Shown here: positions 12,844 through 24,366 of the stretch, piece by piece
How positions within the stretch are numbered: the first letter of the stretch is position 1
Layout: each line of letters opens with the position of its first letter
NCBI GenBank assembly: GCA_950097015.1
Contig: CATNEN010000029.1
Coordinates: forward strand, 6,944,001-7,008,000
DNA: 64,000 nucleotides
DNA from: Macrostomum hystrix
Lineage: Eukaryota; Animalia; Platyhelminthes
Direction of reading: 5' to 3'
Notes under the pieces: model-generated
What the model was told of the DNA's origin: nothing
Databases searched by the model: none
What the model saw: the letters and a program-made list of their open reading frames with translations, nothing else
Position numbers and translations under genes: made by a program

Positions 12844-15708
12844 CCTTTATCAGATGAAGGCTCTTTTCAGGTGAGCGATCCCACTTCTGACAATCAATCT
12901 ATCTCGAAGGATTCTGATCACCAATTAAAATTTAACATTTCAATAAGCGGAAAAGAGTGGTTTGACGGGGCTAGGTTTCATAAAGCAAAAACCTACGTGT
13001 TTACAAAGGATTCATCCATGTGGTGGATGTCAACTTTAAGGAAACTATTAGCAAGCATTGAGGATCATGAAGTATCAGGATGCATTCTAAAATTTAAAAA
13101 CCGTTACATCAATGATCCTTCTGTTTCAATGCGAGCTAAAAAATGCTTCATAAGACAGCTTGCCCAATGTCAGCATTCAACGTGCAACAAAAAGTTTGAA
13201 TTTATATTAAAAGCATTGCCAAGAACGGCAAATGTAGATGTTACGCTATCAGTTTCAACACAAGGACAGAAAAGGCACGACTTTCCAACTCTAAGTAAAG
13301 TTACAGCTGTTGAAGCAGAAAAATTTAAAGAGCTGTTGAAAGAAAAAAGTCCGGCTGAACTGTATGACGAGCTTTTGGCGTCAATGACAGAAAAAGAGAT
13401 AGACGAGAATGACTTTTCGCGCGTCAAATCTCTTCCAGCTATTCGGCGAATTAACGCGAAGCTAGAAGTCAAAGAAGAAGGACGCGTGCACAAAAATGTC
13501 ATTAAAGAACTTCATATTATGCAAAAAATTATGCGAAATACGGACATTGAAAGTAAATCCATAAAAGGCTTCATTCAAAGCTTTGAGTTCGATCCGTTTC
13601 TAATAACGTTGTACTCAGAAAAGCAGTTAAACTTACTGGCTGACCGGCCCGGGTGCGTTTTACATTTAGATGCGACAGGTGGAGTTCATCGAATCATCGA
13701 ACATGTAAAAAAGCCATGCCTCATCTACTCGCTGCTTCTACCATCGAAAAGCGGAAACACTCGCAGCATTCCTATTGCAGAGATGGTTTCTACGATTCAA
13801 ACAACTCCAAAAATAAGCAATTTTCTGTTTAGTGTCCGCTGTGATCTCGCAAGGCTTATCGGTCGAAACTCTGTGATGCGAAGGGAATGTTTGCCGGGCA
13901 TCATTGTCACAGATTTTTCCTGGGCACTGCTGCACTCAGTGTGCCATGCCTTTGGCAGTGAGTTGGAGAGCTACTTAAATGAAGCTTACAATGCCGTAAA
14001 AACCAACACACTGGTTGACCATCCTATACCTTTTGTTTGCACCAATCATGTTATCAAAGCGTTTATTCGCGGACTAGGTGAAATTCCACAGGCAAAGAAT
14101 ACAGATAAAAGTATGAAGGAAATTCTTGTATCAGCGTTTGTATACCTCATTCATCAGGAGACCTTCGCGGGCTTTGAGAGCACCATTAATCTGATTATTG
14201 AGGAATTCACGTCTGACCAAAATCTAAAAAAGCTTCGTGAAAGGCTTAAGCAATGGGACACATCTGTGTCGCACGTTTTAGAATCAGAATCTGACCGCAC
14301 GCCATCTGATGTTGAAGACGAAAGTCTCAGCGAAGATGAAAAAAAAATAACCCAAGAACGCAAGAAAGCCGATAGAAAAACGATTCGAAACTGCTCGCCA
14401 TTTATGAAACATTTTTCATATTTGTTAAAATCAGTTAGATCTCCTGCAGAGCATGTAATCGCGCCTGAATTACTTGAATACCTAATCAAGCACTGGCTTC
14501 CACTGGCCCCTCTATTTGCGATGTTTATATGTGAGATAAAAAGTTTTGAAAAGATCGACAGCTGGTATTCTAATGCTTTTGTGGAGTCGTACTTTCGTGA
14601 ATTGAAGAAAAATAAAGCCACGAGAAGTTCTCGGCTTAAGATATGTGCATTCACTGAGCAGCAATTCCAGTATGTACTACGCCGCGTGAAAGGTTTCTCG
14701 ATTCTTGCGGACAAACGTGCCCCTAAATTATCCAGTCAAAGAAATGAAGAAAGCGCACAAGAAGCGAAAGAGCAGTGGGGCAGGAAGCCCACAAGACAGC
14801 GAACTAAATATAAGCGACCAAGCTCACCGATTCTAAAGCCCGAGACGACCAAGAAAAAGTCACGACATGTAAAACCGCCCCAGAACGAACCAGAATCAAG
14901 AGGCAAACCAAAGGAGAGCTTTATTTGGAAGACTACTACGAATGACGTAATCGTAGACTTCGACAAAGAATCACTACAGCCAAATGCGTGGGTTTCGCTT
15001 GGATCAGTCAATGCATTCGTAAATATTCTTTGTGAGAGCAATCCTAGAAGTCACATTCGACTCCTAAAGTGCAGCTTTTTCGAACAGCTACTAAGAGACG
15101 ACAGCGCCGCAGCAGCTCAGAGCCTCTTGGACTGCGCTGACTCAACTGCGACTAAAATTCTGTGTCCAGTTCTGCTGAACTATCACTACTTTTTAGTTTA
15201 CGTCAACCTGCAAACCAAGGAATTTTCGCTTCTTGATCCCATGGTGCAAAATGAATCTCGCCGAACGAATCAGTACCTAGAAGCATGGCAAAAATTTGCA
15301 GGCAGTCAAGAAATACAAAATATAATGCCCAGCGCATATGGGCAGTACAAGAAGCGCTCGTTTCTTCACTCCATGCAAAAGGATTCATACAACTGCGGTG
15401 TTTTTGTCTGTCTGTTTGCTAAGATGTTAATTATAGGATCAGCAGCAGGATTTAGCAACTTAATGATTCCGACCAGCCAGAGGTTTTTTAATGCTGCTCG
15501 AAATTACATTTGGAAAACGATTGAAAGCAACTGTCAGAAATTATCGATGGAATCCGACACTTGCAAAGTATGCAAGGACAGCACCAGAAGTGAGACATTT
15601 TGGATCCAGTGCGATCTCTGTGATGCCTGGATTCACAGTCGATGCGCCGAATCCGAATTATTGATTCGTCATCAATCTGGTGCCTTTGTGTCTTGCTGCA
15701 CTAATTGA
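12086..15708 (+). CDS. MULE (NOF/Rehavkus-like) transposase with N-terminal 25-aa repeat, Ulp1/C48 protease and PHD finger
   Basis: Uninterrupted ORF of about 1200 aa. Transposase core motifs VLHLDATGG, IPIAEM, IVTDFSWAL and CTNHVIK. Ulp1-like triad H(YFLV)..D(PM)..Q.DSYNCG. C-terminal CKVC..WIQCDLCDAWIHSRC. Element termini not found. Confidence 0.8.
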
Positions 15709-16263
15709 TCGAGTCTTCGGCGTTTTGGCTCAGGCCTCAGCACCGCGAGTCACATTCGCTTTCGTATCAATAGCTTTTCCTAATCAATTTTTAGCTGAAG
15801 TGCCACAGATTAAAACCGTTGCATATTGAGTGGTACCATGCTAAACTATACTTAGTAGTATATAGATTCCATTTCTTATGCACAAATGTGTTTTCTTATT
15901 TTGCATGCTTGCTCACCAAGAAGGTTGGCTCATCAGTTGTACCTGTATTTTGCCGTTTATTCGCTGTTTCTCATTCCATTTTTTATGTGTGCATCATATA
16001 GCTTCAGTGGTAACAGTTGCTCATTTTGCTTACATAGCTAAAAAACAATTATTTTCGATTTGGTCTGTATGGGACTCAACTCACCAACAGCTTTGACATT
16101 CTCCAGTCATAGCCAACAGATCCCTGACCAAGCATGTGCTGAATGAAAATAGATTATTAGGCATTAGAGAGGTAGTTTCCAACAAAGAAACTACCATGCT
16201 AGTCATAGAAGTTAGCTTTTTATGATAAGCGTAGTCGACTACAATAATGTAAATTCTACTTAG

Positions 16264-16999
16264 TGTCGTAGGGCTCCTTTCTTAACTCCCACTGCTTTCA
16301 CCAATTTGTTGTAGGTCTCTTTACTTATCTTACAGCTGCCACTAAGTTGTCATAGACCCTTCTCTTTTCTTTATTATTATTTAAAACTTGCTCTCTTTAC
16401 AACCCTTCTCAGTCCTTACAATTTCCTTATTAAATTTCCTTTTAATTCATATGCATATATTGCTTTAAGCTTAACCAGATAGGCTGCTTTCTTTTCCCAA
16501 TATGGTAGCGTTCTCGATAGTGTCCGAGCGGCAAGACACTTTCTTTCTCCCGTTACTTACTCTCAATTATCTGGCTTTCTGGTTTCCCAGTCTTTCAAGG
16601 CTTCCAATGGACTGGAGTTGTCCAACTTTGCACACAGTGCCAGTCACCAATCTGGGAGTTTACCCTCTGTTCCTTTAGTTTTAACACTATTCTGCTTTTG
16701 ATCAATATCTCCTTCTTTATTCCTTCGAATATTCCTGGCTTGTGTATGAACACGGACCTGCTTTTCCTCTCTCTCTCTAAATAAGAACTCTTTGAACACT
16801 TTGAAACTTTACTCTCCTTTATTCAGCTTAGAACTGGGCGCGAGGCACCGGTTAAGTTTTCGAGGGCTAAAATGCGCTTGTATTTATACTAAGAATTGAG
16901 GTGGATGACAAAGCATAGTAAAACAAAGACAAAAAGATCGAGGAAAACATTTGGCGGTAATTCAAGTTAGCAATATACGATAAATTTGGGCCTGCCTCA
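16264..16999 (-). repeat. 3' LTR
   Basis: Matches 24367-25102 at constant offset 8103 with no mismatch seen by eye. On the minus strand, TATAAA at 16888-16883 and AATAAA at 16823-16818. Confidence 0.97.
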
Positions 17000-17014
17000 A
17001 CTGGCTTCCCCTAT
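17000..17014 (-). promoter_or_regulatory. Polypurine tract
   Basis: ATAGGGGAAGCCAGT immediately precedes the TG of the 3' LTR on the minus strand. Confidence 0.6.
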
Positions 17015-17035
17015 ATAAATTTTTGAATAAGTAAA

Positions 17036-17147
17036 ACGCGTGACAAAATTTATAAAAAGTAGAAAGTACAAATATCAGGCACACAACGCGTGACAAAATT
17101 TAAAAAAAGTAGAAAGTACAAATATCAGGCACACAACGCGTGACAAA
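17036..17147. repeat. 50-bp direct repeat, about 2.3 copies, in the Gypsy 3' UTR
   Basis: ACGCGTGACAAAA at 17036, 17086 and 17136. Confidence 0.9.
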
Positions 17148-17177
17148 AAGCAAAAATAAAACGGTTAAATTGTCCTT

Positions 17178-18350
17178 TTAAGAGAAATAGCACTCGTTAG
17201 GCAGTCTTTCGTTGCGGGGCCAACCGACTGTGCTCGCCATCCACCTCAACTCAATGTTGAGGGGGATGCGATTCACCGGTAAGGGGCTGCGGTTGATTAC
17301 TCTCCTAGCATAATGCACGGCCCTCTTCCAGGCGGTAATGCAGTATCCTCTGGCGAATTTGTCGCACAGTACCCGCATAGCAGAATAAATTGCGGCGCGC
17401 TGTGGGTACCGCCGGTCATTATTGTACAACCCGGCGTCCAGGACATATCCTTTCATGTGACGAATTAGCCGCGTGTAGTGTTCATGTTGGGCCTTCGGAA
17501 TTTCAGCCATCGCTCGGGCGAATTCTTCTTGGCTCTCCGCAGGCTCCATTTCGATGTCTTCTTCCGTATCCGAGTTCGGCTGCGGCTGAGGCGACTGCTG
17601 GAACTGCCGCTCTTGCTGCAACGGCTGCTGCTGCTGCGGCGGCTGCGGCTGCTGCGATTGCTGCGGCTGGGGCTGCTTCCGTGATGGCTGTGGCGGTGGC
17701 TGTGGCTGTGGCTGCGGCTGCTGCTGCTGCGACGACTGTGGCTGCGATGACTGCGGCTGTTGCTGAAAATCCGTCCGGTACTGGTACTGGATCGGTACCT
17801 TGTTAGCCTTTGGCGCTATATGCCGTCCCTTAGGCGGTGGCCGTGGTTGAGGGCTCGGCTTCGGCGCTATCCATCGTCGTCCGGCAGCACGCCGACCTGG
17901 TTCCTGGCTTGGAGCTTCAATTGCCTTGGTGACCCTGGCGGCTTCAGATGGCTTAGCTTGAACAGCTTCCATTGCTGCCACCGGTGCTATCGACTGCTGC
18001 TGGAGCAAATTCAACCGCGTGGTGGCGTCGAGGTACACCGGTAGCCTAGAGCTCGGCAATCTCTTCTTGTTCGCGGTCTCATCTTGCATAGTGGTGGCGG
18101 CTCGCTTTTGGGTGTTCACTCTCGGTTGTTGACCGACCATGGATGGCTGCGTTCTTTGCCGTAGTGGCGCCTCGAGTCCTTCTGGTTCGTCAATTATTGC
18201 TTGGATGATATCGTCTTCGCCATTTCCGGCTCCGTTCTCTTGCTCTACTCTGTCTGGCTCAGTGTTCTCATTGTCCGAGAAATCCACTGTAACTGCTTCT
18301 AGCAACTTCTCAAATTCGCTTGCGCTTATGGCTTCTTGATCTTGCTCCAT
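17178..18350 (-). CDS. Gypsy accessory ORF3, 390 aa, unknown function (acidic N-terminus, Q/P-rich middle, basic helical C-terminus)
   Basis: Intact ORF between the pol stop and the PPT, in the same sense as pol. No signal peptide or transmembrane segment, so it is not env-like. Confidence 0.75.
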   Translation of the reverse strand: MEQDQEAISASEFEKLLEAVTVDFSDNENTEPDRVEQENGAGNGEDDIIQAIIDEPEGLEAPLRQRTQPSMVGQQPRVNTQKRAATTMQDETANKKRLPSSRLPVYLDATTRLNLLQQQSIAPVAAMEAVQAKPSEAARVTKAIEAPSQEPGRRAAGRRWIAPKPSPQPRPPPKGRHIAPKANKVPIQYQYRTDFQQQPQSSQPQSSQQQQPQPQPQPPPQPSRKQPQPQQSQQPQPPQQQQPLQQERQFQQSPQPQPNSDTEEDIEMEPAESQEEFARAMAEIPKAQHEHYTRLIRHMKGYVLDAGLYNNDRRYPQRAAIYSAMRVLCDKFARGYCITAWKRAVHYARRVINRSPLPVNRIPLNIELRWMASTVGWPRNERLPNECYFS

Positions 18351-18413
18351 TCTTCTTTGTCAGTATGACTTCTTCTCTCTGCTTATGTTTGTTTTGTGTT
18401 CCCAGGGCTCTGA

Positions 18414-18600
18414 TTTATATAGGCGCGAAACTGACACTCTTCATTGTGTCTCAGATTTCATTGGGCTATACTGGCTTATTTCTAATCCTATTGGTTCCCT
18501 ACTTGATTTCAATTAACCCCTACCTAATTGACTGGAAGTGGCTAACCCCTACTCCCTTTCTATCCCTTGCACGTGGTCTCCTTGTGTTATTATTGCGTCA
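18414..18600 (-). promoter_or_regulatory. Internal Pol II promoter-like module for ORF3
   Basis: Minus strand: TGACGCAA (18600-18593), CACGTG (18575-18570), CCAAT (18494-18490 and 18464-18460), TATATAAA (18421-18414), about 65 nt before the ATG. Confidence 0.6.
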
Positions 18601-18613
18601 CCCCAATCTCTGC

Positions 18614-21600
18614 CTAGATCTGTAAATTCCCTATTATACTGAACACGGTGGCAAGCCTCTGCAAATAGCCTTCAAACCTCGCGGGGGGTCTGATTTGTCT
18701 GCGCGGACGGCTTGTCACTCCTTCCCTTTCTTCATTCTGTACAATGTACATGCCTCCTTCTGAGGTGGCTGTCGCCAGACCCTCAGCTGTCCCTTCGCTT
18801 TCGCTCTCCTCTTCACTGCTCGTAGCCTCAGGCTCGGTGTGTGATTCATCCTCCACTTCTATCTCAGCTCCTAGTTCCAAATCTTCTCCATTAATTTCAC
18901 TTGGGTTTTCTCTAAAATGACATTGCCATTCTAATCTGTCTTCTTCCTCTTCGGATTCATCTTCCTCTGTTAGAACAAATCTTCCCTTCTCCTTCGGCTG
19001 GCTTCCCCTAACTTTGACCTCTGTCTTCTTAGCTTTCTTCTCTGGTGCGGCCTGGCTTCCCCTAATTAATTCCTCTTGGGTTGAATTAGGCACAATAGTT
19101 ATGTTGTCTCTATGGACAATCATGATATTGCCTACTAACTGTCCTTGCTCCTCCTTTTGCACTCGAAATACTACATCTGATATTTGCTCTATTACTCTGA
19201 AGGCTGATCTCTTTTTCCTATGAAATTTGTGCGATTCCTCACTGTCCAACTGTGGATTATTAATCAACACAAGACTTCCAACTGGGACTGTCTTAGGCAA
19301 TTTGCCGTTTTTCGCAGACTCTTGTCTGTTACTGACAACCTTCTCCAATTTTCTTTTGACAATGTCTCTCGCAATCTTCAATCGTGCGGCATGTTCTGTC
19401 ACATAAGATGGATAACTGGCGAATGACTTTGGTTGGCTGATTTGACTGTCCATAGGCAATACTGCTTCCCGTCCAAATAACAGGTAGTGGGGAGTAAAGC
19501 CTGTGGTTTTGTTTACACTAGTGCGGACAGCAACTAATGCAGCTGGGATCATAAGGTCCCAATCACTGTGATCTTTCTCAATGAGACAAGTTACTATTGA
19601 TTTAATTTGCTTGTTAAATCTCTCCACCAATCCATTGCTTTGGGCATGGTAGGGTGTTGTAAACGTATGCTTCACGTTATACATTTCGCAAAAAAGCTTT
19701 GAACTGCTTGCTAGCGAATGCCTTGCCATTGTCTGTGTGTAACCACTGACATTGCCCATACTCTGCGAAGATTCTTTCCTGTAAGATTTTGATCACAGTA
19801 TCTGACTTTGATTTCTAGTTGGGAATGCAAACGGATATCGAGTGGTGCTATCCACAATAGTTAGGACATACTTGTGCCCTCTTTTGCTCTCTTTGGATAG
19901 TGGTCCTATAAAATCGACATGCAGGCGGTGAAAAGGTTCACTTATAGGGAACGATTGCACTGGCGCCTGAATCGGGTTTCCTCTCTTGCTTTCCAGGCAC
20001 GGAATACACTCTGCGATATGAGCTTCCACTGCTTTGACCAATCCTGGTCTCCAAAATCTCTGCCTGACACGTTGAATTGTTTTATCGCGTCCCAAATGTC
20101 CTGCTAGTGGGCTATCATGCAGATCGCTGAGAACTAGCTTATCCAAGGACTGGGGCAGTACAACTTTCCAACTGTCATCTTCGCTAATGATTAGCATCTC
20201 ATTCTCTACCTTCATATCCTCAAAGGATTTCCTCATCTTCTTCAATTCTGGGCTGACAATTTCAGGTAACTGGGGATTGTTCTCTCCTGATTTCTTCCAT
20301 TCAATTAGCACTTTAATTACTGGGTCATCTCTTTGTGACGCAATAATTTGCTCTCGTTTCAATGGGCTGGGTAAGAAATCGGTCAATAACTTCTCGCACT
20401 TGCTACTTGTTGCTTGCAGCATATTCTCACTCTCACTAGGATTAAATTCTTCAGGAACTGGACTCGGAAGCGGAATGCTGGAGTCATGTTCAGTTCACTG
20501 GGAATTCTCACCTCTCCTTGTCCTGAGATAGTAGACTGGATCCTGCTATTGGGATCTAACGTCTTTTTCTCTCCTTCACTTAGGGCAGTCTGGGGCTGTG
20601 TCAAGCTATATAAGCTATCATTAGCCTTGACTTCCTGTCCTGACTCTTCCATTACACTGCAGCTTTGCACTATCGGCTCAATAACTTGCTCTGCTTCAGG
20701 GACATCAGCTGGTCTTCTTGACAGACTGTCAGCATTTTGGTTCTTTGCACCGCTTCTGTGTTCTATATCGAACGAGAATTCGTTTAGGCGCTCGACCCAC
20801 CGACCAAGAATTCCTTGAGCTTCTGTTTGCCTTAACAGCCAAATTATCGCCTTATGATCTGTTCTTGCCAAAAACTTCTTGCCTAACAGGTAGAAACGGA
20901 AATGCCTCATGGCATCCACTAGGGCTAAGAGTTCTTTTCTAGTGATAGGGTAGCGTTTTTCCGACTCTTTCATAGCTCGGCTGAAATAAGCTATGGGTCT
21001 TTCTATGCCATCTGATTGGATCTGGCTAAGTACAGCGCCAATACGGCTATCACTTGCATCGGTATCCAATACCATCTTCACCTTCTCGTCATCCACAAAT
21101 TCGGGATACGCTAAGACTTCAGTGGACATCATCCGGTTCTTTAGCGACTCAAACGCTTCGTCATGCTCTTTGCTCCATCTCTCTTGAAAGTTCTTAATTC
21201 CTTTCCTTGTTAACTGGAAAAGGGGATGGGCAGCTTCTGCATAATTTTTAATGAAACGGCTATAGTAATTACATAGGCCAAGAAAACTGCGTAGCTCCTT
21301 CACATCTTTTGGCTTCGGCCAGGTCTTGATTGCTTCAATCTTCGTCTCATCCGTACGGATACCTTCTGTACTGATCACATGTCCTAAGTACTTTAACTCT
21401 CTATGAAAAAGGTTACATTTCTTTGGCCTTAGCTTCAATCCTGCGATTATTAATCTCTTGAACACTTCCTTTAGATGGGAAAGGTGGTCATTAAAGTTCT
21501 TCGAATAAGTAACTATATCGTCTATATACGACATAGCAAATTGATGTTGAATCCCTAAAAGTACAAGATTCATGAGCCTCTGGAAGGTTCCTGGGGCATT

Positions 21601-23406
21601 GGACAAACCTTGCGCCATAACCTCATACTCAAACTGGCCTCGGGTTAAAGTAGAGAAGGCGGTCATGAACTTGTGTTCTTCCTTTATTGGCACCTGCCAA
21701 TATCCAGAATTCAAATCGAGACTACTAAAATATTGACTACCAGATAAGTAGGTGAAAGTCTGATGAATGTTAGGAAGCGGATACGGAACATAGTTCACCT
21801 TCGAGTTTAACACTCTGAAATCACTTACAATCCGTATGGATCCGTCCTTTTTCGGCACAATGACTAGTGGTGTAGAATAAGTTGAATAACTGGGCCTGAT
21901 TAAATTTTTAGCCAACATGTCATCCAACTGTGTGTCGACTTGCTTTTGGAGATGGGGTGGTATTCTCCTAGTTGGGATCCTCACGGGAGTCTCATCCTTC
22001 AGTGAGATCTCATGTGTGATCAGATGGGTTAAACCCATATCCAACTCATTCTGTGAAAAAGCTTCACGATGCTCTTTCATCAATTCAATCACTGACTTCC
22101 TTTGATCATCGGTAAGATCTTGACCAATCTTGACCTCATGGATCCACGCATCTTCCACAGTCTGTGTCTGATTGACTCGTCCGGTAGGTTGACTGACTAC
22201 TTCTTTTTCGGCTTCGAAATATTTCAACTCACTTGCCTTCACTGGTTTGGCTAGGCCTACCAATGTTGACTTCGACAGCTTCACCTCAACTGAATTGTTA
22301 TTCACAATCTCCACAATGGCGGAACCTTCTCGCATTGTGACTAGAGTGGGAGCCATCTCGACTGTCAATTCTTTGGCTTTTACGCCTTCGCCAATCATAC
22401 TCACTGTCATAGGTGTTCCAAAATTGCACTCGGCATCTCTCGCCAATCTCACTGGGATTCTCAATGCACTATTTGCAGGAATCACTACTTTCTCCTGAGT
22501 ATACACTCTGCATACTTTTACAGGTAGATGAGTGAACTGCATAGGAATGCTTGCTCCTTCATTTAGAATCAACATGCCTTTAGCAAGATGAATGCTATCA
22601 CAATGTCCTAGGAAAAATTCCATTCCTAAGATATTGTCGCTCTCATGTCCACACAAAAGGAATTCTATTTCTATCTGAATGTCTCCGAATCTAACTGGAA
22701 TACAACTCTCGCCTTCCAATTGTACTCTGGTTCCGTCGAAAGTAGAGACTCGCTTGTCTGTACTTCTTATCTGTTCTGGCTTAAGTAATTTTGACCAAAT
22801 AGATTTGCTCAAAAAGCTGTTCCTAGCCCCTGTGTCTAGGATAAAATTAATTTCCTGATTCTTAAATTTTCCTACAATTACAGCTTCAAATCCTTCAGGT
22901 TTAATAAGTTCTAGTTTAGAATTAGAAACAAATACTTTGCGTTTGTTCTCACGTGTCCTTGAGTATTTTCCAGATGTTGCGGCGGCTGATCTCGGTGCTG
23001 ATACTTCGGAAGCTGGTTCCTCCAGGACTGACATGCAGGGGGCTGACGCAATGGTTGCTGACACAGATGCCGCTTGGGCTAACGCAATGGGTGCTGACGC
23101 AGATGGTGCTGACGCAATGGGTGCTGACGCAGATGGTGCTGACGCAATGGGTGCTGACGCAGATGGTGCTAACGCAATGGGTGCTGACGCAGATGGTGCT
23201 GACGCAGATGGTGCTGACGCAAATGGTGCTGACGCAGATGATGCTGACGCAATGGGTGCTGATACTCGATACTTCGGCTGCTTCTGTGCATTACACAATC
23301 TCGACGACTGGGCTGGGTATCGCCGATTCTTAGAGGCCTGCGATTCGAATCGGGGTTTACTAGAGGGGCGCGGCCTCGACTCTCGTCCCTCGATATTCAG
23401 TTTCCC
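18614..23406 (-). CDS. pol: Pol (protease, RT, RNase H, integrase) in the -1 frame from gag, split by about three single-base frameshifts
   Basis: Protease LDTGA; RT YIDD; RNase H TDAS..IGAVL, RKELLAL and TDHK; integrase HHCC (H.SPLAGHLG..C..C), HVDFIGP and SNGLVERFN. Frame breaks near 20420-20500, 19810 and 19690. Confidence 0.93.
23040..23262 (-). repeat. 15-bp coding repeat (ASAPI/ASAPS) upstream of the protease
   Basis: GCAGATGGTGCTGAC and GCAATGGGTGCTGAC units on the plus strand. Confidence 0.9.
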
Positions 23407-24296
23407 TGATGTCGGTACTGCTGCTGCTGCTGTGAGCTCTTGCAGTACTTGGCAATATGCCCAACTTTGTTACAGTTAAAACATGTCGGCGGAGGCCTCG
23501 ACTGTTGCTGCGGCTTCAGGTACGTCTTCGGCTGCATGAGCGGCTGAGGTGTTACCCTCTGGCATTCAGCCTTCCTTCTTTCCTGAATCAGGTCTTCAAT
23601 CAGCTTCTTCTGCTTATTGATTTCATACTTCTGCCTCTCGATGGTCTCCTCCATCTTCTTATTTCGATCCTCGTCGACTTGCTCGTCTTTTACGACTCGT
23701 ACTCCATTCTTGTGCGACATATGCCACGCTGCTTCTATGCGTCTCAGCATTCTCCTAGCCTCTTGCAGACTGGCTGGCTGTGCAAATATTAACTTTTCCC
23801 TAGTGTCGGAGGGGATTCTCGCTCCTTTGATGAACTGCTCTACTACTTCCTCCTCCCTTTGTTCTGCATTCATATTGGGGAATGCTTGCGCGGACAACTC
23901 AATCAAGGCATCTGCGAATGAGTCAACGGGCTCATTCCTCCCTTGCATTCTACCTCTAAATTCCTCCCTAAACTCGGCTGAGCTTCCTAGTCTTCCAAAC
24001 CTTTCTACAAGTCTTTCCTTCAACTCCTCATACGTTAAGTCTTCTGGCAGATTCAACCGCTGAACGGCTGCAAATGCGGTCGCGAGGTCTAGATTAGCTA
24101 ATAGCTCATTCTTCCTATGTTCATCCTGTTCTAATCCTTCATTGTCGCATCTCTGATCAAATGCTTTGAGCCAAATTCTGATGTCCTGGCTAGGTGTGTA
24201 CTTTTGGATCTTTACATGTCTCATGGGTCCTAACTCTAGTCTGTTTCTTAGCTCTTCGGCTAACAAGCCAATAGCATCATTAATTCCTGCGGCCAT
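23397..24296 (-). CDS. gag: Gag with CCHC zinc knuckle
   Basis: 299-aa ORF after the PBS; capsid-like region (Q..NEPVDSF..L..L); CFNCNKVGHIAKYC knuckle. Confidence 0.92.
   Translation of the reverse strand: MAAGINDAIGLLAEELRNRLELGPMRHVKIQKYTPSQDIRIWLKAFDQRCDNEGLEQDEHRKNELLANLDLATAFAAVQRLNLPEDLTYEELKERLVERFGRLGSSAEFREEFRGRMQGRNEPVDSFADALIELSAQAFPNMNAEQREEEVVEQFIKGARIPSDTREKLIFAQPASLQEARRMLRRIEAAWHMSHKNGVRVVKDEQVDEDRNKKMEETIERQKYEINKQKKLIEDLIQERRKAECQRVTPQPLMQPKTYLKPQQQSRPPPTCFNCNKVGHIAKYCKSSQQQQQYRHQGN
23400..23406 (-). promoter_or_regulatory. -1 ribosomal frameshift slippery heptamer G GGA AAC
   Basis: The heptamer sits directly before the gag stop. The -1 frame (GKLNIEGRES..) is open into pol. 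Confidence 0.8.
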
Positions 24297-24350
24297 ACCG
24301 TTATCTTAACTTTTAACTGACTGTGTGCTTTAGCTGGATTCCAATCCTTT

Positions 24351-24363
24351 ACCGCTGACACCA
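24351..24363 (-). promoter_or_regulatory. Primer-binding site, tRNA-Leu-like
   Basis: TGGTGTCAGCGGT starts 3 nt after the 5' LTR and resembles the complement of tRNA-Leu 3' ends. Confidence 0.75.
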
Positions 24364-24366
24364 AGT

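Noticed and set aside
17178-18350. Envelope gene
   Set aside because: No signal peptide, transmembrane helix or furin-type cleavage and fusion pattern.
12048-24063. Antisense and alternate-frame ORFs within the transposase, gag, pol and ORF3
   Set aside because: They are shadows of real ORFs or coding repeats, with no independent motifs.
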